From Clostridia bacterium (GTDB taxonomy: Bacteria > Bacillota > Clostridia > Oscillospirales > CAG-272), in the NCBI GenBank assembly GCA_017935225.1, contig JAGBIA010000043.1, positions 1 through 53,743 on the forward strand: DNA of 53,743 bases, written 5' to 3'. The notes beneath the pieces are model-generated. The model saw only the letters and a list, made by a program, of their open reading frames with translations. It had not been told where the DNA came from and made no database searches. Below, one piece after another: positions 45,912-53,743 of this stretch. The first letter of the stretch is position 1; every line of letters starts with the position of its first letter. Position numbers and translations under genes: made by a program.

Positions 45912-46613
45912 ATGAATTCCCTTGGGTTCGATACTTTAATAATCAACGCTCGTCCTTACAGTGATGAGTCAATAAAATTACTTTTAGAAATATTTGCACC
46001 TTTCGACGTCAGAAATTTCGTTTTTCTGCACGAATTCGATCAGATGATCGATCCGTTGTCAGTTGCGCTAAATTCTGCAAGATCATTTGAGCAACGAATT
46101 TCTCCACTGCTTCCGCGAGGTGTTCGCACCAGGGCTCTTATGAGCACCAAATTCTCAAACGAAACGCTCATCACACCCGAGCTTCATAGACTTTGTCCGT
46201 CTCGCAAGGTCAATTCCCTCTTTGTGTCTCTTCCTATATTTCCTGACACCGATGACAACGACTTTGCTACCGCGCTCAATCGTTTGCTTTACAGATCGAA
46301 GATATATCCGATACTCAGCTCGTTTGAGTCTATTCGCGAGACCTCACCAAAGCAATTCTCGGATAAACTTCTGACAATAAACTCCTGCGGCTTTGCTTTT
46401 GACATTAATTACCTTTTCAAAATTGATAATCTCGAGTTGACAAATATGCTTGCTGCGCGCAACGTTTCGATTCTTCCGTGTATCTCGCACGATCCATCCT
46501 GCTACGCAGGAATTGCCGACAGCGCGCAATATTTTATTGATACGCTCGGCAAGCAGCTTTACTACAAGCTCTGCTCACAGATGAATAGATCGGTTTTGAG
46601 AGTGGGATTATGA
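45912..46613 (+). CDS. Hypothetical protein, possibly degenerate PHP/CpsB-like barrel
   Basis: 233-aa ORF; LFVSLP and YPILSSFE weakly resemble CpsB LIEFP and PIIAHPE. Confidence 0.5.
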   Translation: MNSLGFDTLIINARPYSDESIKLLLEIFAPFDVRNFVFLHEFDQMIDPLSVALNSARSFEQRISPLLPRGVRTRALMSTKFSNETLITPELHRLCPSRKVNSLFVSLPIFPDTDDNDFATALNRLLYRSKIYPILSSFESIRETSPKQFSDKLLTINSCGFAFDINYLFKIDNLELTNMLAARNVSILPCISHDPSCYAGIADSAQYFIDTLGKQLYYKLCSQMNRSVLRVGL

Positions 46614-46868
46614 CCGAGCTCCGCCAGCGTATTTTCTTCTGGTCGCCTCGCCACCCCTCAAATGTCTTTCCTGTTTGTTTTGATCGAGTACCTGCTTTAC
46701 TTCCAAATAAAGATCGATGTCAACTCGCTTCAGTATCTCAGTAACATCTTTATGCACTGTGCTTTTACTGATTCCGAATTCAGCCGCGACCTTGCGTACG
46801 GTCGCCTTATTGGCAACGAGATAATTACCAAGTTTTACGCATCTTTCATTTACATAACCAACGTACAT
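46608..46868 (-). CDS. spoIIID: Sporulation transcription regulator SpoIIID
   Basis: ATVRKVAAEFGISKSTVHKDVT, ERHLRGGEATRRKY; start ATG 46868 behind ggag. Confidence 0.93.
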   Translation of the reverse strand: MYVGYVNERCVKLGNYLVANKATVRKVAAEFGISKSTVHKDVTEILKRVDIDLYLEVKQVLDQNKQERHLRGGEATRRKYAGGARS

Positions 46869-46900
46869 AATATAGCTCCGCTTCATAGTTATTCAATACC

Positions 46901-46929
46901 AATTTATGCGGGAGCTATTTCAAATATTA
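46901..46929 (-). promoter_or_regulatory. SigE-like promoter for spoIIID
   Basis: TAATATT-14 nt-CATAAATT on the minus strand. Confidence 0.6.
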
Positions 46930-46947
46930 ACCTTTTTAGGAGTTCGT

Positions 46948-47718
46948 ATGCAAAAAGAAACCAGCAAATTCACGGAATCTGACATAATGGAAGGTATGTC
47001 CTCGATCTCTGCCGTTATCAAAGCTATGGAATCAGGCAGAACCGACAGACGCATCCGCACCGTATTCGTCGATAAATCAAAAAAAGAGTCCAAGCGTAGA
47101 GAGATCGGCTTTCTTATGCACAAATCGCGCGAGCTTGATTTTGCCCTTGAGTATACCGATGCGCAGAGTCTCTCTGAGGTAACTACGGGTAGTTCTCACG
47201 GTGGAATAGTTGCTTTCTGCTCCCCGAGAAGCATCCCCAAGCTTGCACCCGACGTCATTGATCCGAGCGGCGTTTACTATATGCTTGACGGCGTTGAGGA
47301 TCCTTATAATTTCGGATACTCGGTGCGCTCTATATATGCGGCTGGCGGAAGCGGTATAATCCTTCCTCCGCGCAATTGGATGGGCGTTGCGGGTGTAGTT
47401 GCACGCTCGTCTGCCGGTAGCTCAGAGCTAATAGATATGTTCGTTGCCGAACCCGAAGATGCCGCCGATATCTTCAAATCTCTCGGTTTCAGAGTGATCT
47501 GCGCGGGAATACGAGACTCTGAGTCTATATTTGATACCTCTCTTCAAAAGCCTCTATTCGTAGTGCTTGGCGGCGAGAAGCGCGGCATTTCGCGTGCCGT
47601 TCTCGATAAAGCCGACACGGTGGTAAGAATTGACTACGGAAATGAGTTCAACGGTTCTCTGTCGACCGCCGCGGCAAGTGCTGTGTTCGCGTTTGAGATT
47701 TTCAGAGCTAACAGATAA
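46948..47718 (+). CDS. SpoU/TrmH-family RNA methyltransferase
   Basis: HGGIVA, LDGVEDPYNFG, LGGEKRGIS, GSLSTAAAS; start ATG 46948. Confidence 0.88.
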   Translation: MQKETSKFTESDIMEGMSSISAVIKAMESGRTDRRIRTVFVDKSKKESKRREIGFLMHKSRELDFALEYTDAQSLSEVTTGSSHGGIVAFCSPRSIPKLAPDVIDPSGVYYMLDGVEDPYNFGYSVRSIYAAGGSGIILPPRNWMGVAGVVARSSAGSSELIDMFVAEPEDAADIFKSLGFRVICAGIRDSESIFDTSLQKPLFVVLGGEKRGISRAVLDKADTVVRIDYGNEFNGSLSTAAASAVFAFEIFRANR

Positions 47719-47806
47719 AATATTTCGTTTTTATACGTTTTGTTTACCGTTTGTTAAAAAATATATGCTATACTAAATGAGTATACAAAATTTTTCGAGG
47801 TTGATT

Positions 47807-48619
47807 ATGAAACGTTCACTCGCCGTTATTGGTGTCGGAAATATGGCAAAATCAATAATTGCAGGCATTACATCGTCTGATATCAGCGTATCCTGCTTTT
47901 ATCTTTTTGACAAAAATATTGCTACCTACGAAACAATGCAGGGGCACGATTCTTTCGTTTATTCAAAATCTATAGAGGATGCAATAGCCGCATCTGATAC
48001 AGTACTTCTGTCGGTAAAGCCTCAGAATTATCCGGAGGTACTTGACGCTGTCACGAATGTCAGCGGATATGAAAAGAAACTCTATATCTCTATTGCCGCA
48101 GGTATAACCTCACAGAGCGTTTCTGATAAGCTCGGTGGCGCAACTGTTATAAGAGTTCTCCCAAATCTTCCGATGACTATCGGCAAGGGCGTTTCGGCTA
48201 TATGCAAAAATCCTTCCGCTTCTGCTGATGAGCTCAGCTTCGTTGATGCTGTATTTGCATCCGCAGGAAGCACGATGTTTATTGAAGAGAGCGAGATGAA
48301 TCGCATAATCGGTGCTCTGTCTTCCTCGCCCGCTTACGTTTTCAAGTTTATTGATGCTATCTGCAAAGGCGCAGATGCCCAAGGACTTGACGGTCGCGCA
48401 CTTCTTGACGCTGTCTGCGATGTTGTCATCGGTTCGGCTATGCTGCTCAAGAGTCTCCCCGACACTCCCGAGGAGCTTATCTCTAAGGTGGCATCCAAAG
48501 GCGGAACGACTCAAAGAGCGATCGACACGCTTGACGAATACGATTTCGACGGAATTATTACAAAGGCTATGATTGCTTGCACGGCACGTGCAGACGAGCT
48601 TGGCCGCAAGGATGATTGA
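47807..48619 (+). CDS. proC: Pyrroline-5-carboxylate reductase
   Basis: IGVGNM, LSVKPQ, SIAAG, RVLPN, SSPAY, VASKGGTT; start ATG 47807. Confidence 0.93.
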   Translation: MKRSLAVIGVGNMAKSIIAGITSSDISVSCFYLFDKNIATYETMQGHDSFVYSKSIEDAIAASDTVLLSVKPQNYPEVLDAVTNVSGYEKKLYISIAAGITSQSVSDKLGGATVIRVLPNLPMTIGKGVSAICKNPSASADELSFVDAVFASAGSTMFIEESEMNRIIGALSSSPAYVFKFIDAICKGADAQGLDGRALLDAVCDVVIGSAMLLKSLPDTPEELISKVASKGGTTQRAIDTLDEYDFDGIITKAMIACTARADELGRKDD

Positions 48620-48643
48620 TATTATCAGAAAGGTATTACTGTT

Positions 48644-49638
48644 TTGGCAACCAAGAAAAAAGGATTCAAGCTATTTGATATGAATCGCGACGGCAAGGGG
48701 GCTGTCGAAGAAAATACTAAGCCTACCTTAGCATTTTTCTTCAAATCTCTTGTACGAAAATTTCCTCAGCTACTCAGGCTCAATCTGCTTATGCTCTTCC
48801 AGATACTGCCGCTGATATTTATCGCGATAGTTTTTCTCGCAGGAGATAAGACACCGAGTGCTACCAGCACGACATACGCACCGCTTCTCGGTATAGATCA
48901 GGTGCTATCCACTCCGAGTGCATCTCACACACTTGATATGTCGCTGATCCAGATGGGACTTCCCGTCTTCAGTACTGCGGTGACCTGCACGATAATCGTC
49001 CTCGTGTTATTCCTGCTCATTACGTGGGGATGGCAGAATATCGGTGCTACATATGTGCTTCGCGGACTCGTGCGTGGCGATGCTGTATTCTTATTACCGA
49101 TTATTTCTACGCGATCAAGCGAAATCTCAAGCAGGGGTTGCTTGTTGGAATCATTGATCTCATCCTCTCGTCAGTTCTCGTTATCGACTTTATTTACTTC
49201 TATCAAAGAACCGGTCAGTTTGGTATGGATTTCATGTATTTCGTGATCTTTGCTCTTGCGATCATCTACTTCATAATGAGATTTTATATCTATCTGCTTC
49301 TCGTTACCTTTGATATGAAGACCTTCAAGATAATCAAAAACTCGTTTATCTTCTCAATTCTCGGTATAAAGAGAAATATCATGGCACTTCTCGGAATCAT
49401 TCTTGTAGTCGTGATCCACGCACTTATGATCTGGTTTTTGATCAGCACTCCGCTCGGATTTACTATGATCCTTCCCTTCGTCTACATTCTCGCACTTACC
49501 GCATTTATGTCCGCATATGCGGCATTCCCGATAATTGATAAGTATCTCATCGAGCCATATGCTGAAAAAGAGGACGAAGAAGAGTTCGTATACCTCAAAC
49601 CCGCAGATGAAACGATCGATGAAACTTCCGAAACCTGA
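48644..49638 (+). pseudogene. YesL/DUF624-like membrane protein with a 1-nt frameshift near 49090
   Basis: First frame reads ...VLRGLVRGDAVF; hydrophobic continuation (L)ITDYFYAIKRNLKQG...KNSFIFSILG is in another frame. Confidence 0.75.
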
Positions 49639-49688
49639 AATTTATTTTGTAAAATAAATTAACTATTTTTATAAAGGAGACCATTATT

Positions 49689-51062
49689 ATGAAAAAACTG
49701 ATTTCCGTATTACTTTGTGTTGCTATTATCCTCACTCTGTCGCTTACGCTCTTCAGCTGTAACACAGAAGATGATAGCGGTGTAAATACGCCTTCTGACA
49801 AGGAAACAAACGGTCAGGATCCTACCGATGAACCTACCGATAAGCCTACGGATAAGCAGACCAACAAGCCTACCGAAAAGCCCACTCAAAAGCCCAAGCC
49901 CGAGACTCCTGAGCCTGACGAGAACGACGTTACGGCTTTCAATCTCGATCAGTTCCTCTATCCTATCTGGGCGGGTAACATCAGCTATGCAGAAGCTGCT
50001 TTTGTAAGACAGCAGAAAGATGGCGTAATTGCTCCTATTAAGCTTCTCTATCCTATTGACACTCTGATCTCCGTACGCAGTGCTGACCTCAAGACCGTAT
50101 ATGTTTCCGGAGAAGACTATTTTGTTGACGATGACGGAAATCTTTGCATAATTGAAGGCGGAAATATTCCCGTTCTCGCATATGACGACTATCACTTCCC
50201 GCTCTCTCAGGATGAGCATAATCAGAACAAGCTTGCTACCAAGCTTCCCGAGGCTAATAACTTCGGTTGGGGCTTTATCCGCGCAGAGATCGGCAATAAC
50301 AAGCCCGGTATGTCTGAGTGGACGATCGCAGTAACTTATATGCACGCCGAGGAAGAAGAGTGCGTTGTAAATGTTCCTGAAGCAAAGAGCGCAACTTTCG
50401 CTACTCTTATTGACAAGCTCAATGCCGGCGAGGATATAAAGATCGTTGCAACAGGTGACAGTATCACTGACGGTTGGTCGGCTTCGGGTAAGAACGGTGT
50501 TAATATGCCTCCTTACTGTCCTCAGTACAACGTTCTCGTTGAACAGTACATCAAGAACGCATACAACGTAAACGTTACACAGAAAAACGTAGGTGTCAGC
50601 GGATCTAATACCAATGGCGGCGTCAGCAAGCTTTCCGAGATCTGCGGCGAGGATCCCGATCTCGTTATTATCGCTTTCGGTATGAATGACGGATGCAGTA
50701 TGGATCCTAACACTTACACAAACAATATCAATAAGATGGTAAGCACTATCAATGAGAATTGCCCCGACGCTTGTATCGTTGTTGTAGGAACTTGTCTTCC
50801 CAACCCCGAATTTGCTTGGAGTCCCGGAGGAGAGCCTGCTCTCAAGTATCACATCGATTATATCGACTACCTCAAGAGTGCTGAGTCTACTTGGAAGAAT
50901 GCGGCACACGCTGACGTAACTACCGCTAACATAGAGATCTATGAAAGAAAGGTTTACCAGGACCTCGCAGGCTCTAACTCAAATCACCCCAACGACTACA
51001 TGCACAGAATTTACGCACAGGTGATCATTCAGACCATCTTTGGTGACTATCTTACTTACTAA
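49689..51062 (+). CDS. SGNH/GDSL hydrolase lipoprotein with Pro/Thr linker
   Basis: Lipobox LFSC; PTDK-type repeats; GDSIT, GVSG, FGMND, NHP. Confidence 0.85.
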   Translation: MKKLISVLLCVAIILTLSLTLFSCNTEDDSGVNTPSDKETNGQDPTDEPTDKPTDKQTNKPTEKPTQKPKPETPEPDENDVTAFNLDQFLYPIWAGNISYAEAAFVRQQKDGVIAPIKLLYPIDTLISVRSADLKTVYVSGEDYFVDDDGNLCIIEGGNIPVLAYDDYHFPLSQDEHNQNKLATKLPEANNFGWGFIRAEIGNNKPGMSEWTIAVTYMHAEEEECVVNVPEAKSATFATLIDKLNAGEDIKIVATGDSITDGWSASGKNGVNMPPYCPQYNVLVEQYIKNAYNVNVTQKNVGVSGSNTNGGVSKLSEICGEDPDLVIIAFGMNDGCSMDPNTYTNNINKMVSTINENCPDACIVVVGTCLPNPEFAWSPGGEPALKYHIDYIDYLKSAESTWKNAAHADVTTANIEIYERKVYQDLAGSNSNHPNDYMHRIYAQVIIQTIFGDYLTY

Positions 51063-51071
51063 TTAAAATTT

Positions 51072-51105
51072 AAAGGCTACCACCAAAAAAGTGGTAGCCT
51101 TTTTT
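51072..51105. terminator. Bidirectional terminator
   Basis: aaaggctaccac...gtggtagcctttttt. Confidence 0.8.
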
Positions 51106-51809
51106 CAGTTTTGGATGAGTTCTGATACTGTAACGAATTCGTAACCCTCCTCGAGAAGTCTCGGAATAATAAGAGACAGAGCATCGCAGGTAGTGTTCTT
51201 GCCGCAGGTATAATCGTGCATAAGGATTATATCTCCGCCGTGAACTCCGCTACATACCTTGTCTAAGATATCTTCGGGTGGAGTGTTCTTCCAATCGAGA
51301 GTATCAACACTCCATAAGACGACCGAGTATCCCATTTCGCGCGCCGCTCTCTCTACGTCTGCATTATTTGCTCCACGCGGCGGTCTGAAGAGCTTTGGCC
51401 TTATACCTACCGTGTTATAAATAAGCTCCTCACAGCTCTTCATCTCGTTTATCGCATTTGAAGCATTCAGATCTTTTGAATTGTCGTGAGAGTAAGAATG
51501 ATTTGCAATCTCGTGTCCCGCCGCTCTTATCAGCTTAAGCGGCTCTGGGTAATTCTGAATATTCACACCTATCACGAAAAAAGTAGCCTTAACGCCGTAT
51601 TTGTCGAGAATTTTCAATATTCTCTCGGTGTAACGCGGATGAGGTCCGTCATCAAAGGTAAGTGCTATTTTTTTCGTAGGTTCACGGCTTCTCCAAAAAA
51701 CAATACTCGAATTCCCTTCTGCAAATGCTTTACTTTCTCCAAAGATCGATCCTGTACAGATCGTAATGCAGATCAAGAAGATCATAGTTCTGCAGAATGA
51801 TCTACGCAT
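51105..51809 (-). CDS. Polysaccharide deacetylase (CE4/NodB, PdaB-like)
   Basis: LTFDDGP, NHSYSH, FRPP, DTLDW, IILMHD. Confidence 0.9.
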   Translation of the reverse strand: MRRSFCRTMIFLICITICTGSIFGESKAFAEGNSSIVFWRSREPTKKIALTFDDGPHPRYTERILKILDKYGVKATFFVIGVNIQNYPEPLKLIRAAGHEIANHSYSHDNSKDLNASNAINEMKSCEELIYNTVGIRPKLFRPPRGANNADVERAAREMGYSVVLWSVDTLDWKNTPPEDILDKVCSGVHGGDIILMHDYTCGKNTTCDALSLIIPRLLEEGYEFVTVSELIQN

Positions 51810-52584
51810 TCGTCAGCTCGTCAAGACTTCCAAATCGATAACCTTGTGCCTTAAGCTCGTGAATAATATCCGCGAGGATAGCGGCATTTGTAGCAGAAGT
51901 CGGGTGCAAAAGCATTATCTCGCCGTTGTGAACATTCGAAAGGATCTTCTCCTTTGCGACGTTCTCACTCGGCTGATTTCCATTGTCCCAATCCGCGTAG
52001 GCGAAGCTCCAGAATATAGTCTTATATCCAAGCTCACTCGCAAATTTCATACTCTGCTCCGAGAATTTACCCTCGGGCGGACGGAAATATTTGGGCATCT
52101 CGCAGCCCGTCACCTCACGGTAAATATCCTCAAGGCTCTCTAACTCAGCTTTGAACTCATCTAAAGTTTTGCACTTGGTAACGTCCAAATGCTTGCTCGT
52201 GTGATTACATACGAGGTGTCCTTCCTCGATCATTCGCATAACGAGTTCTCTGTTCTGCGTGATAAGATTGTCGAGCACGAAGAACGCGGCAGGTACTCCT
52301 TCTGCACCCAGAACGTCGACTATCTTCTCAACGTTTCCGTTTTCATAGCCTGCGTCGAAGGTCAGATAGATAACTTTATCTGCCACATCGTCGCCGTGTT
52401 TCTTATCAACGTAGTATCCGCCGTAGTCTTCAATAAAGCTCATATTCGCGTCAGCGCGCGGCTGCTTATGCTCTTTATTTCTTACGCAATACCAACTAAA
52501 GCTCTCGCCTGCAGAAAACGCAGGGATAGAACACAGAGAGATGATACACGAGCAAGTGACTAAGAAAATCAAAATTCTTTTCAC
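51802..52584 (-). CDS. pdaA: Spore cortex delta-lactam-biosynthetic deacetylase
   Basis: YLTFDAGYENG, FRPPEG, FWSFAYADWD, LLHPTSATN; start GTG 52584 behind gggagg; SigF/SigG-like GTTTA-15-CGCAAAATA upstream. Confidence 0.85.
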   Translation of the reverse strand: MKRILIFLVTCSCIISLCSIPAFSAGESFSWYCVRNKEHKQPRADANMSFIEDYGGYYVDKKHGDDVADKVIYLTFDAGYENGNVEKIVDVLGAEGVPAAFFVLDNLITQNRELVMRMIEEGHLVCNHTSKHLDVTKCKTLDEFKAELESLEDIYREVTGCEMPKYFRPPEGKFSEQSMKFASELGYKTIFWSFAYADWDNGNQPSENVAKEKILSNVHNGEIMLLHPTSATNAAILADIIHELKAQGYRFGSLDELTNA

Positions 52585-52651
52585 GGTTTTCACCTCCCGA
52601 AGATATTTTGCGCGCTACACAAAAATATAAACGATGAAAATTTTTACAAAC

Positions 52652-52683
52652 AAAAGATCGACGGTTCTGCCGTCGATCTTTTG
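52652..52683 (-). terminator. Intrinsic terminator
   Basis: caaaagatcgacgg-ttctg-ccgtcgatcttttg. Confidence 0.75.
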
Positions 52684-52686
52684 TAT

Positions 52687-53436
52687 TTATTCGTAATCTA
52701 CTACGTTGGTCCAAGAATGGAGGAATTCTCTTTCCTCAGGTCTTCCCTTTACCGACTGAGATGCTGCAACGATAGGCATCCACTTCTGAACGTAACGCTT
52801 CTCGGTGTTGCTCTTCGCGCAGAAGAGATCCAGATACTTGTCTGCAAGCTCGCGATCGCCTGCAAGGCAGAAAAGAAGGTAGGTTCTTGCAACGTCTGCC
52901 GATGCGTTACCCTGAGTTACGTGTGCCCAGTCGATGATGTAAGGGATACCCGACTCGGTAATGATTATATTTGAGGGATTGAAGTCGCCGTGGCACACTT
53001 TGTTGTGCTTGGGCATACCCTCAAGACGTGTGTGAAGCTCATAGCGAGTGTTTTCGTCAAGATCCGCGATGCTGATCTTTCTGTTCATCTTGTCTTTGAG
53101 CTTTGTAAGAAGCTGGCACTTCTTGGAGTGTACCTTCATCTGAAGCTCAACGAAGAGATCGAGATATTCGTCGATATTCTCGGGATTCTCTTTCATAAGA
53201 GTTTCAAGAGTCTTTCCCGAGATATACTCGGTAACGATCGCCCACTTGCCGTCGATCTTGGAGACCTCAATTGCCTTGGGAATATTAAGTCCCGTCTCCT
53301 CAACGCGCGCCTGATTGAGAGCCTCGTTGAGAACGTCAGCCTTAGAGTAATCTGCGTCAAATACCTTTATAGCGTGATCTCCGTCACGGTAAACTGTCTT
53401 GTTTATTCCTACTGAAATAACATTGTCGAATTTCAT
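52687..53436 (-). CDS. APH/choline-kinase-like phosphotransferase
   Basis: CHGDFNPSNI and IIDW kinase motifs. Confidence 0.85.
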   Translation of the reverse strand: MKFDNVISVGINKTVYRDGDHAIKVFDADYSKADVLNEALNQARVEETGLNIPKAIEVSKIDGKWAIVTEYISGKTLETLMKENPENIDEYLDLFVELQMKVHSKKCQLLTKLKDKMNRKISIADLDENTRYELHTRLEGMPKHNKVCHGDFNPSNIIITESGIPYIIDWAHVTQGNASADVARTYLLFCLAGDRELADKYLDLFCAKSNTEKRYVQKWMPIVAASQSVKGRPEEREFLHSWTNVVDYE

Positions 53437-53451
53437 TATAATTCTCCCTTC

Positions 53452-53743
53452 TTATGCCTTGGGCATTTCAAGTTCGGTAAAGTGCTTACCGTAATAAGCG
53501 TTGAGATACATCTGCTTGATCTCGCTCATAAGAGGATAACGGGGGTTTGCGCCTGTGCACTGATCGTCGAATGCCTGCTCTACCATATCGTCAAGACGTG
53601 CAAGGAAGTCATCTTCATCAATGCCATAGTCCTTAATGGTCTCCTTGATGCCTACACGAGCCTTGAGGTCGTTGATAGCCTTAAACAGACCTTCAAGCTT
53701 CTCCTCGACGCTTGTACCCTTGATACCAAGGTCATCAGCAATC
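53452..53743 (-). CDS. adhE: Bifunctional aldehyde/alcohol dehydrogenase, C-terminal fragment (runs off the window)
   Basis: Not in the ORF track; hand translation gives ...FLARLDDMVEQAFDDQCTGANPRYPLMSEIKQMYLNAYYGK...*. Confidence 0.85.
   Translation of the reverse strand, partial: IADDLGIKGTSVEEKLEGLFKAINDLKARVGIKETIKDYGIDEDDFLARLDDMVEQAFDDQCTGANPRYPLMSEIKQMYLNAYYGKHFTELEMPKA

Noticed and set aside
49818-49915. 12-bp quasi-tandem repeats
   Set aside because: They encode an ordinary Pro/Thr-rich lipoprotein linker.

Overview
Mostly core-genome window from a spore-forming Clostridia-like bacterium (roughly 49% GC by eye). In order: purine operon (stand-alone IMP cyclohydrolase, AICAR-transformylase-only purH, an inserted lipoprotein, purD, purL); metF-metH; a small carbohydrate locus; rimM-trmD followed by an O-antigen-ligase-like gene and two DUF4330-like genes; ptsH, uvrC-rsmD-coaD; spoIVA interrupted by an in-frame TGA; a Xer-type recombinase; ireB plus a degenerate D,D-carboxypeptidase; fba; a His-rich COG0523 pair with two P-loop kinases; tig-clpP-clpX; apgM-lepB-rbgA-rnhB-yraN-thrC; spoIIID; proC; a frameshifted DUF624-like gene; pdaA and a second deacetylase; the 3' end of adhE. 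I saw no rRNA, tRNA, CRISPR array or transposase. The most unusual non-coding feature is a back-to-back array of small hairpins joined by a 7-nt AATTCAT linker at 24782-24976. Gene polarity and codon skew suggest the replication terminus lies in this window. Family names come from motif recognition only; no database searches were run.
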